From: Fimbriosthenelais zetlandica
Taxonomy: Eukaryota
Assembly (NCBI GenBank): GCA_977030845.1
Contig: OZ365112.1
Location: 20,026,001 to 20,090,000 of the forward strand
Length of the DNA stretch: 64,000 nucleotides
Direction: 5' to 3'
This document shows, piece by piece, positions 1 to 11,522 of the stretch. Under the pieces are notes generated by a model that saw only the letters and a program-made list of their open reading frames with translations, was not told where the DNA came from and did no database searches. A program made the translations under genes and the position numbers. Numbering within the stretch: position 1 is the first letter of the stretch; every line of letters begins with the position of its first letter.

Positions 1-1837
1 TGAGGATGTAAATATATTCTATTTTCATGTGCTTTTTACTCCAATGGTGTGTAAATATTGGTAACTTCCAAGTTGAGGGTGATCCGTTGTGTGCCTATTA
101 TTATGATACAGATTTTGAGAAAAGTTATTAACAGTAAAGAGTTCCCTTCATGGAAAATATAAAAGTGGCTACACCTATAGATTAAAGAGGATATAACTCG
201 TCCCCCAATACTGTAGTTTCATATAAACATAGTGGCTATAGTGTCATATAAATAATATCCGTTCCTCAGGAATATCTATCAGATGCTCGCTCTGTGGGAT
301 GAAACATGTCAACAGAACTTGACAGCTGTGTTTTGTGATGCTGACGCTATTAATATACATGTAAAGGTCACCGGTGTGATCAAACCTTGCAGATTATCAC
401 TCACTTTCCTAAACCGCCCACCTATTCAGTTTCTTTTTGTTAGACAGATTTCCTATTTCCATCTCTAAATAGACAATATCCAGTGTTCTGTTCTTACAGG
501 TCCTTTCTCTCATCCAAGTTTCTGTTGGCTATATAGGCCTATTATATCAAGAAATGAGGTTGCCAAGCAATGTCATTGTTCCAAAATGTGTCTAAACCCT
601 TGTAACAAAGAATATCTTCAAATTAGTTTGCTTTATTTGTTCACATATCAATCCAAGAAAGTTAATAAGTGTCTTTGACAAGTCGACTCTGAACGCCTTT
701 TCACCATCTCTGCCTTTCCTCTGTGCCCGCCTCTATACATATACTTTCTGTCCCAATGTCCTATATATATTATACACATTGAAGGATTGTCATGCTCATT
801 TTTAATCTCAGAAGAAAGGGAGTATTTACCTTAGGTCAAAAGCTAGAGTTAATTGGTTGCAGTGAAATGAGAAAATTTCATCATAAGGCATTGTATTGGT
901 TAGATATCAAAAGTTGGGTCCAAGATACAGGTAGGGAAAGCAACAGCAATTAGTCCCTAGTCTAAACATGTTATCCATGCATACTAGGGTGAGGCGTATC
1001 ATCGAGGCAATCCAGTCACATGTTGAAGCGACTGCATCGCATGAATTAAGACACCCCATAAAAATACAATATGAATGCACAAATATTTAGGTTAAACATG
1101 AAGCTACGCAAAATAATCATCGAGAATCGGATAACGATTTTGACCGAAGAGAAAAGAGTACTATTTTTTTGTGAAAAAGCTTGTGGATGCGATAGGTTAA
1201 TAATAAAATTGCGCCACCATTAGCTGCTGTAATATTTATGAAAAGCCACGGTAATTAGTGAGAAAATATTGGAAATCTTCATATATAAAGGTGGCCGATT
1301 GTTTTTGTGTGTATACAGCATATGAAATTCACTGGGTTGGGATGGGGAAAACCAACTGGCACTAATAATATACCTATAGACCTTCCGATGTATTCCATTG
1401 TATTTGTGTGACATGAAGATTCTTTGTATATACCATACAAAGTATTTATCGTACATCCAAGTTATACATAATTATGATTATGTATCATTCAATTGACCCC
1501 TGTGATGTCAGTCCTCTATATTATAAGTTTTCTTACTACTGGTGGGTGTCAATTACCCACCTGACAACACTACTATACATGTACATGTACATGTATATGG
1601 CTTGTATACATACTCCAGACTCAGCACATCCTTTGTGTGAGACCATCATTGGAAATCTTTGATGCTTTCCAGGCCACACACAAACACATAGGCTATATAT
1701 AGAAGAGAGTCTGACAGGTTTTGATAATAAACTGTTAATAGAAATGTGTATCTGTCTCTGTCTATCTTGTCTATCATCAAGCTATATTATTCTTGTATGA
1801 AATTAGCTTTATTTGTAGCCCATGATAATGCACATTG

Positions 1838-1950
1838 ACAATTTTACATAATCCAAGGTAATTCTCGATGAATATTTTACATAACACAAGGTAATTCTAA
1901 ACTTTACATAACCCAAGATAATTCTCGATGACAATTTTACATAATCCATT
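1838..1950. repeat. Degenerate ~30-33 bp tandem minisatellite (about 3.5 copies)
   Basis: Unit TTTTACATAA(T/C)(C/A)CAAGGTAATTCT(CGATGA) recurs at about 1843, 1875, 1903 and 1936. Confidence 0.75.
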
Positions 1951-2083
1951 CATCCCTACTATTCCTGGTACTGTACAGATTCAATTAGAATACCACATGA
2001 ATCTATATCGGACTGACGTAATCTTTCTTTGGAGGTGAATAGATTATGTCTGAGGGACCAGGATTTAAATCCCATAGCTTTGA

Positions 2084-3033
2084 TCAGGCAGCCATAAGTT
2101 CACCAAGGGCAACACATTGTAAGCAGCATTGTGCCTGGGCTCCCAGAACCACATCATTGTTACAGCATGCACAAAGTCTTTCCTTCAGAGCCTGTAAACT
2201 ACGGTTCATCTTACGTGATTCCTGCTCTTCCTTTTCTATCTGTCTCTGACCCATGCACAGGCTGCAGCAGAAGAAGAGATGCTTGCTGCCACAACAAGCA
2301 CAGCTATCTATTCCTCTTTTTCTTGCCATCAGAAATGTCCCTCCAAAGTCCTTCTTGATTTCCGGTCCAGACATAAGGTTTTGTTGCAGTTTCTGTTCAC
2401 CTACCAAACAGAAAAAAATAAACAAATATATAACAAATAAATAACAAATATATTGTAGTCCCTTGGAGACAAATAGAAGATGCTATTCGCAAACTTATGG
2501 TTTGTCAAATGTTTAAAATAATAGTGATACTTCATTGCCTGATAGAGATTACATTTCAACAAATAATATTCATGCCGATTTACTTTCGATAATATATAAT
2601 ATACAGAAAAGATTTAAACATTGGTTTGCTGTCAGGGATAAAAATGACATATATATTGTGGATCAAGTCTGACAAAGCACATGAATATTGCACTGGATTT
2701 TAATCAATCCAGGCTTGGGGCTAATATGCTGTATTAGAAACAATTTAGTCGACCCACATACCTTGAGCCTTTCGTTGCATGGACAGTGCTGAAGCCATTA
2801 TTATAAGGACCATGACGGTCATACCCCTGAAAGTGGAAATACATTTTTACCATTGATATGTGCATGGAAATAAGATGGAGTTTGATTGTCACTGTAATGA
2901 TAATGATATCTAAAAGCAAGACGCGTTCATTTACCTATCCAGAAGCTGTTTTAAAGACCTGAACTAATAATATAAATAATTGATACTGAAAATAGTAGAT
3001 ATATACTTACTGAAGCATGGTGTTGAAATTCAT
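2084..3033 (-). CDS. Cysteine-rich secreted prepropeptide (neuropeptide/hormone-like), 134 aa, 3 coding exons
   Basis: join(complement 3033..3011, 2826..2762, 2400..2084), GT-AG introns, phases 2 and 1, 405 nt open. Protein MNFNTMLQGMTVMVLIIMASALSMQRKAQGEQK...ARKRGIDSCACCGSKHLFFCCSLC...SRKMNRSLQALKERLCACCNNDVVLGAQAQCCLQCVALGELMAA. It has a hydrophobic signal-like N-terminus, basic cleavage sites and two 6-Cys modules. An in-frame TGA lies just upstream of the ATG. Confidence 0.75.
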
Positions 3034-3950
3034 TGTCAATTCCAATTGTCAGTTCTGCATGGGCTAAATATTCAGGTTACCACTCTATAGTCTAAAGTAA
3101 CGAGGTGCGGATAGGCGTTTTTCAGTTGAGATGTTCAGCCTCTCCAGAGATTGTCGTCTGCTAACACTTGTTATAGATGGGCTATATTTCTGGCCCAGAA
3201 ACTGAGACAAGAAGCTACAGGTATATGCTTCTACTTGCCTCCGGTGTATTTTAAAATGGGTTAATGACAAGTCTGACAGATTCTATGCCTTTGCCACACC
3301 TGACTCCGTGTCGGGGGGTGGTCTCATTTGTATTACCTGCCTAGAACCACTGCCAGGCATATGTACCTGGTCCTCTGGTTTCATTGGTCAGCAGCCGGAT
3401 CCGTCATCACATGCGGTATGACTACAGTAACTCATCTCACCAGCAGCATACAAAGTGGGCGCTTCCAACAGCAATTTGTTCTTGGGCAGAGCTTTTAATT
3501 AAATATGCTCATGTCTGCTTATGGCATGAATCGGTCGCTAAAAAGAGGGACAGGCTTGGCCTGGAAGCAATGTACTGATTTGTTTCTGGGGCAATGATTC
3601 AATCTGGATAAACACAAGTTTCCAAGTTCAGTTTTCCAGCTCAAACTTCGGATTTATTTCTGTCCTTTTAGAGCACATTATGGACCACTTTGCCCCCAAT
3701 ATCAAATCAATTTCACCTTTTTTCCCCCAGGGATCAAATTACTTTCAACCGTTCTATATATTGTAATATAATGGGCATAAATCATCCTAAGATTTAGAGT
3801 TTATTTGTGAATCTGTCTATATAGAGCAAAATGAGAACATATACTGTTAATAATCTCGGCGGATACTACAATAACAGCTTTTCAAATGTTTTTTTACTGG
3901 ATCACATTGTTAAAAATTATTTACTTAGTGGATGACAGAGAAAACAATAC

Positions 3951-6061
3951 TTAATATGGTCTGAATTTCCTAGCAGTTTTCATGAGTGCTATTTTCTGCT
4001 TGTCCTCCTCGAAACGTTGACGTAACTCAGCTATTTCTGAAAATAGATAAGACAGATGATGAGAGGCAGACACTATCGTCATTCTATCCCTCAGCACCAG
4101 CAAATTCTAACCAGGATCATTTCTGGTCCTCCTATATACTTACTGTCCCTCTTTGATTCCCGGATTTGGAAGGTGTAAAAGTTGAGTAGTTCCTTTTGTT
4201 TCCTCTTTTTCTTTTCTCGTGTAGTGACTTTCTTCTCGGCCACCTCGGTTCTCGGTGCGCCTTTGTTTCGTCCGTGACGGGAGACTGTTACCCAGCCATC
4301 ACTATCAGGCTCCTCCTCTTCTTTTGCTCTCTTCGCCTCCTGAAGAAAAAATAGCTTGAATGAATAGTTGCGAAAAGAGACAGACAATCATTATATTCAG
4401 TGGTCGTATATTAACTCATAAATACTTTCTTAACGCTATAAATTATCAATTCAACAATTGTACTGAAGTTTACAATAATCAAGAGTTGCCCTTACAAGAA
4501 GGCAAACTTTACCGGTACTTAATGCACCAGACATTGCTTCGTGCCAGAAATGACATTTTCAAAGCTATTAATTACCTCTTCTACTTTTTTATCATGCGCT
4601 TCCAAGAATGTGTTGACCTCCTTTTGCATGTCATCCTTCGATATGAATCCGTCCGCATATTCTTGGCACCATTCTGAGAAAAGAACAGTATATAATTATC
4701 TTTTAAAAGAATTTCTATATTAAGGATAAACTATTAGTAGGTTTGCGACCTCTGAGCATTTCAGTAGGCCAATAAGAGACTTAGCGTTACGGTGTATTAA
4801 ATGGTGAAATACATGTATACTTACTCTGTATTCCCGTTGTGATAGGAACGTCTTTTGTGGACAGTATAAGTGGATGAGTGAATGACAATTCAGTAGCTTT
4901 GGTAACAGACGCCGGGCTCTTGAACACTACGTAGGCAACCTTGAATCCCTTTAAGAACAAAACCGGTTTAGAAATATACAACTGGATATTAAAAATATAA
5001 TTTCAAAGGAGGTAAGTATATTAAAAATATAATTTCAAAATTAATTACAAAATTAATTACGAAATATAATTCAAAATTAGAAACTTCTATTTTGATACCA
5101 ATATGAAAGTACTTACCTTGATTTGATCAAATACAGGGAAGAATTCCGATTGGTTTATTTGGGGTAAACTTGATGTCGGATTTTTGTGAATAAATACATT
5201 TGCTATTTTTCCACAGCGGGAGAAAACTTGAGTCAAACATGCCTGAAACAGAAATAAATGGGAATGATACAAATGATCCCGTGGTGGGCCGTACCAAATA
5301 ATCACCTACATTATTGTGATATCCCCTATATGCCTACAAAATCAATTATGGAACACTATTCTGATGAAAGGGGATTCAATGTCACCATTTATGTGGGAAG
5401 CATTGATTTTATCAGAGAGAATATGCCTACTTAATGTATTAATAGATCCAGTGGCAGTGCTCACCTCATTACAGTATGGTGGCACATTCAGAACGAATAT
5501 GGTTTTGTCCTTCGGTTTCTGCGGGTTTGTGTCGCGTACAGAGTGACGTTTTACATAGAAGTAATGACAAGCTGAAGACTTTTCACTGAATTTGATAGGA
5601 ACGACTGAAAAAAAGAAGAAATCCAATGATATAAATTATGTTGCCTATTGTTGCCTTATTAAAGTTATATTATTAGGGTCTAATTCTAAATTAAAACCTT
5701 GTTTTAACCTTTATTTTCACTGTATATATGGACCCCTATATGTATTGTGATATATACCGATGAGTCCGCAATAAAGTTCATTCATTCATTCTAATTTCTA
5801 TACTGTATCTTGGCACTTAACCCACTACTTCAGATTTAGCCTAGAGTCTATGGCCAATACCCCTATTATCGCGACACCCTATAATTGAGAGATTACATAC
5901 AAGCGATCACAGCTGATATAACCAAGCCGATTTATTTTTCTAATATTTTGCTTCATAAACAATAATTCAGTATTCCTCTGATAAAGAAATGGGCCAGATT
6001 CTAGAAGATTACCTGTAAAACCTCCAGCCACTACATGCTTTCCCATGTTGTTGTCAGCCAT
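3951..6061 (-). CDS. RRP7A: Ribosomal RNA-processing protein 7 homolog A, 272 aa, 7 exons
   Basis: join(complement 6061..6013, 5604..5465, 5242..5117, 4948..4825, 4673..4576, 4339..4144, 4036..3951), all GT-AG and in phase. Motifs TIFVLNVPPYC, GFKVAYVVF, PDSDGWVTV, LLNFYTFQIRE and C-terminal LRQRFEEDKQKIALMKTARKFRPY match the RRP7 family. Confidence 0.95.
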
Positions 6062-6200
6062 CTTGAATCGCAATGCTTTCTGGGATGCCCGCGCAGCTGC
6101 GCTCACAACATCCGGTTTGCTATTTTCCTCGTTTCTGACAGTGTTCAGCTTGAAATATCGTCAAATTGCAAACAAGTAAGTTGATTTACAACGTTCTCAG
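6050..6200. promoter_or_regulatory. Bidirectional promoter shared by RRP7A (-) and NAA60 (+)
   Basis: Local GC/CpG-rich patch (GCGCAGCTGCGC 6091-6102) and a YY1-like AAGATGGC over the RRP7A ATG. A probable NAA60 non-coding first exon ends at the donor CAA|GTAAGT at 6175. Confidence 0.6.
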
Positions 6201-6674
6201 TACGGACATTGACTGATTCATGAATGTAGATCACCTAGATCAATGATCTTTTAGTTTTAGTGTGATATTGACTAAGTAATTCAACCAGAATGACTCGTTC
6301 ACAGTCGACCGCAGTCTCAACTCAAGCTTACTATCTATGAGACAAATGAGTACGGTACGTATGACTATGTCTATGAGTATGACTGTATGAGTATGACTAT
6401 CCTCAGTCACTTTGGTCACAAGGCAAGTGCGTCGCCACTCTTTTTGTTTTTTTTCTTTCATCGCAAAAGATATATGACAAAGAAGCAATTAAAATATCGT
6501 CATAGTCATTACTTCCAGGGTTATTGACATTTTTGATAATATTGTCGTCATACATATTCCCTGTGTTTTTATTCCTGTCTTTAATCGTAGGCTGGCTTCT
6601 GACTTTGGTCTGTAATACCATGGATAATTTGTCATGATCTAGGATGCACAAGGAGTTCGACTACAGATGTCGGC

Positions 6675-8098
6675 ATGGGAGGAGATAGCTGTGGTGTCAA
6701 CATGCCAACTGCACCCAATGGCTTCAACGTGCAGCGAGAGATCCAGCTCCGCTTTCTCAACCCATCTGATATTCCTGAAGTCAAGCGACTCTGTGCAGAG
6801 TGGTTCCCTATCGAGTAAGTTTTCATTGCCCGTCAGAAAATTGGATTATTAAATCTCAAACAAGGACAATTGTGAGACTTTGATTCCTTAAGTGTATTCA
6901 TGTAATGTTTTGTGATCTCTTTACAGATACCCTGACAGTTGGTATCAAGACATAACATCAAATCCCAAGTTCTACTCTTTGGCAGCTACATACAAATCAG
7001 GTATCGTCGGTCTAATCGTATCAGAACTGAAGCCACGCAGTCGCTGTAATCGAGAAGTAAGTCAATTCTGCACGATTAACACAATAAAACCCGCCATCCC
7101 CCTCCTCCCTACCTACCCCACAAATCACAAAAAGGTCCACACCTCACTCTTAATTCTTTACTCTTAAGATCTTTAGTTTGGTAATTATATTAAATTGATA
7201 TTTATTTATGGCAGGATGCTGATCTTCTGGCCAGTCATTTTCCACCCAGTACCCAGCTGGCCTATATCCTCAGTCTTGGCGTTATATCTGACTTCAGGAG
7301 ACATGGTGTTGGTAGGTGGCAATGTCTTCATTCAGTCCTAAAATGTTGAACACAACACTCGTTTTTCCCCATAAAAATATCTCAGACCACCTCTGGTGTA
7401 ATTCCTAGAGGCCTCAATATTTTAGAATAATATTAATATTTCCGACAGGAGATTTCGCATTAAAACACTGGTGTGGTATTTGAAAAGATAATGTTATGAA
7501 AGTAGACCTGCCATTCTATTTTATCATTGTATTTTTCTTATTTCAGCATCGCTTCTGCTTGACTCCTTACTCTCATATTTAACGTCGGGTGACAGACACT
7601 GTTGTAAGGCGGTCTATCTCCATGTTCTCACCGCGAATGCCACGGCCATCCGCTTCTATGAGAGGAGACAGTTCCGCCTTCACAACTTCCTCCCATATTA
7701 CTACTCCATCAAGTCTACACCGCGAGATGGTTATTCCTATGTCCTCTACCTGAACGGGGGACAACCACCCATGACCTTCATATATCCTTTTCTCAAAGCC
7801 ACTATAACATCATTACTTGTTACCAGAGCTTACCAAAGATCCGCAACAACTATAAATGAACAATCAAGATATTACCTATAATAGAAACGATAATAGATGA
7901 TTATTGATATATTTTGTGGTTGATTTTAGTTAGTTTCCTTGACCGCTGTGTACTGACTATATTAAACAGATGGGATCAGCCATCCTCTGGATGCAGCCCT
8001 GTGCCATTCCTAAACGTCTCCTCCAGACCGCCTACAGTCTGTGGCGACGTCTGGTCTACAGCTCAAGTAACACATCCCACGAGACCCACATCAGCTGA
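6675..8098 (+). CDS. NAA60: N-alpha-acetyltransferase 60 (NatF), 248 aa, 5 coding exons
   Basis: join(6675..6814, 6927..7056, 7215..7311, 7547..7781, 7954..8098). Motifs WFPIEYPDSWY, AYILSLGV..FRRHGV, KAVYLHVL and LPYYYSI...YVLYLNGGQPP are present. The C-terminal IDYIKQMGSAI..QPCAIP aligns to the NAA60 membrane-anchor tail only if the last intron is AT-AC. Confidence 0.95.
7782..7953 (+). other. U12-type (minor spliceosome) AT-AC intron
   Basis: 5' splice site ATATCCTTT at 7782, branch point TTCCTTGAC at 7935-7943, terminal AC at 7952-7953. Removing it restores the NAA60 frame. Confidence 0.92.
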
Positions 8099-11000
8099 GG
8101 AGATTCATTCATACATTCATTGGTGATCAATTTATAGTTGACTTATTATATGCTCTCTCTCATACAGCAGGCAGGGCCGCCTGGTATAGAGCATACAGTT
8201 ACCTCATCACATCATCACCCTATTGTTATAGCTCCACCTTCATAATTATTACACCAGGCTCATTGTCTTGTGTGAGGTTTTTATATTGTCACTCCGTGTA
8301 GCATTTTGATTTTGATTCTTTTTAATTCATTGGATGTTATTTTAACCTTTGTGTAAAGATTGAAAATTGGACTGAACAAAATCTAAGATGTGTGACATAC
8401 CTTTAAGTTTTAAAACTACAAAACAAATTTGCTATATAGGAAGGGAATGCATGGTTGCATAAAGCGGTGATGTAAAATCTACAATGTCAAATATATTGTT
8501 GTTAACTTGTAGATGAAAATATTTAAAAATATATTGTTTTTTTTAAAATCAGGATTGCAAAGTAACAGTGTAAGAATTTACCATTGTGTGTGTGAGTTTA
8601 TAGAATATAACAAGAAGGCTTTCTACAATATGATCGAAATAATTGCAATATGCGTCATATTTAATCCAAATGCTTAATTCTCTTCATTTTGTGTGTTAAA
8701 ATTGGGTATAAAACCCACTTGATATGGTTAATAATACTTTAAAATTTTGTTATATATTTGGTATGAACCAGATCTCTAAACCAAGCATAATGTTTGGAGA
8801 CTTTTCCGTTTAAAATTTGTTCTCGATTTCATCCTGTTTGTATTTGATACTGTTATGTAATTGTTATTGTTGAGGATGGTTTGGAATATTAAGGCTAGCT
8901 TTACGTTTGAAATGTTACCATATTGTTGTTTTATTTTAGTCTTGTTTATAATGAAGTGAGGATATATATGCTGGTTCATCAGACATCAATGCGTGCATGT
9001 AGTCCTGTGATATAACTCGTTATTCTGCACATATGTACGCCATGTGAACATTATATTTTAGCTGGTAACTTTTGATTTTGAAATGGCAAGCTCACTCTAC
9101 TAAAGCAACATTGGGATTCTAAGATATCACAGACCCTATTATATTAGAGTAGGTGTAACATAAGATCTTGGGTTTAACAAATTGAAATATATTCGCAAAT
9201 TATTCTTTATTTGAAATCAAGATAATATTTTCTTGTGGAGAATGACCATCTGTGCTGTTTAGGCGCCTGATACAGTATATATGTTGATAAGAACAATCGA
9301 TGTATATTTTATGAGTGAATTATTATGTATAGAGAATAATGGATATAAAGGGAGGGACGTTGACTGTATATTTTTCAGGAAGTGGTGCTAGGAGGTTAAT
9401 TGGCGCCAGGAAAGGGTAATGATATAGGATAGATTAGGATGGGTGGGCGCCTATAAGCTCAACAAATGCATAGACTGTATATGGCTGATAATGGCGCTTG
9501 TGATTTATTGAAGGAACTAGTTATTTTTAAGTAATTCAATTTAAAATAATTTAGTTGATAGCCGTCAGATGTATTTGTATATCATGTGTCATTTAAGTGG
9601 TTATCTGTCAATGAAGTATGAATGGAAGGAGGAGAGATCCTTAGGTGTTTCTAACCCAATAAATTAATTTATATGGAGAGAAACTCCTTTTATATCAGCG
9701 GTACAGTCACTGACTATTGTACATACACAGTTATATCATTATAAGGCATGTTATACATGTAGTGTGATGTATCGTGTTGACACCAAAAAGCCTCAAGTAT
9801 TTATTACATGGTTCCACTTGCTGTCTGACAGTTTTCTGTCTTTATTTTCCGACTTGAAGTTCCTGTATTTAAATTCATCTAATTTGAACCTGGAACATGA
9901 ACGAAAGAACTAACGGAAATGGAAAAAAAAATTTAAGTCTATTATGTGTCTATCTCAAAGATTGAGACTGTGTTTTACAGATATGGGTGTTATAGTTGTA
10001 GAGATATATAATCTTATCTGTGGGTGGTACGGTGTGATGGTGGTAACACGTGTATCACGTGACCCCCTAAAATGAAAATTCTAAAAATGTTAACGTCTTT
10101 AAAATGTACATTAGTGGACGTACTTTTATTTGTGACACGATTAATATTTAAGTAGGAATGGTAGTCGACATTTATCTTAGGTTGTACACAACTGATTTTA
10201 TTTTCAGGGAAATATGCGATCAAAATACATGTGTAATATGGTTTATGGTATGGAAACAGATCAAGGCTTATGAAGATTTCTCTTCAGAATATTACTCAAA
10301 ATTACTACACATTTATTTTTCAGATGATTTCATACTTATAGCAAGATTGTACCTACTGTGTATTAGGTTTATTGTCTGGATAGACATTTTCTATTTATAA
10401 ATTCTATCAAAGAACTTCAACTTGGTAGTAGAGAACCAAAACTTATACTCAGAAATAATCGTGTCAATATTCTGTCAACACATTTACTATGAAAAGGGGT
10501 CAAAGAAGTTTACTCTGTTATAAATTATTTTCACGCAGAGGTATATTTGAAGTCGGATGTATACGAGCAGTTATTTCAGAAATTGGTGCTGAAAAAGAGT
10601 TGCTGGTTATTTATTTCGTAAGGTGTCCAAGAACTGGAAAGAACCACAACTTCTCAACTACTTGAACAATATTGGCATATGAAATTCCCCATGTTTCAGA
10701 TCAATGTCACTTTAATTGAAGCCTAATTATCTAACACAAAAACGGTTGTCTTGGAACTGTTCTGAAGTCTCTCTCCCTCTTGAGGTTTAAGACAGTCGGT
10801 TATCTTAGATGATATTTTGTCAACCGGGAATATCATTTCTTTAAAATATTTGTAACTTGATTCAAAGCCTTGAATAGGTAAACTTAGGGCTATATCCGTT
10901 TCAGGATAATCGAGATTTAAATTATTTGTGTTATATGGATTGTAAGATTCCAAGCTCTTCTACATGGATGTATAGGTTAAACGTGAACCCTCTCATTGGA

Positions 11001-11522
11001 AATATTTGTTATTTGACACTGCAGGTTACAAATCAGTATGTGGGTTCAGAAGAACTGATGTTTTATTTTGACCAATGGCAGTTTGTCAACAACAGTATAG
11101 TTGTATTAGATATATGTGACACAGTGTGTTGCTTCAACCTTTTGTGCCTGACTAGAATCAATAATTTAAAAAGAAAATAATTGAGACGTTTTAATGGCAT
11201 GAGGGATAATGGATTGCATTAATCCTGTCTTTTTATCATCCTGAGATCCGGAGAGAATCCTGTGATTTTTTCTGGTAGATGGATTGTTATGTTGGTTGGA
11301 ACAGTGAATAAAATATACACATAGACGTGTGACCTCCACCAATTGAAAAGCTATGTGATTTATGTTGCACAAAGGTTTTTCAAAATAGTTTCATAGTGTT
11401 TCGTTAAACTGAAAATTTTAAATGAGTGCGAATGAGAACATTAAACATTTCTGTGAAAAATAGCCTTTTAAATTTATTAGTGAGAATTATACAAATGAGA
11501 TAAGAAGATCTAGTAGGGAGGG

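Noticed and set aside
283-800. Possible exons of a further minus-strand gene at the window start
   Set aside because: Splice-like sites exist, but no phase-consistent ORF or recognisable protein could be assembled.
5312-5416. Possible H/ACA snoRNA in RRP7A intron 2 (minus strand; AGAATA and ACA boxes, one good hairpin)
   Set aside because: Only ~105 nt, the second hairpin is weak, and such boxes arise by chance in AT-rich introns; not supportable without a covariance search.
10723-10953. 76-aa minus-strand ORF between NAA60 and REXO5
   Set aside because: Starts at TTG just after a stop, has no motif and no splice-supported continuation; likely UTR or intergenic.
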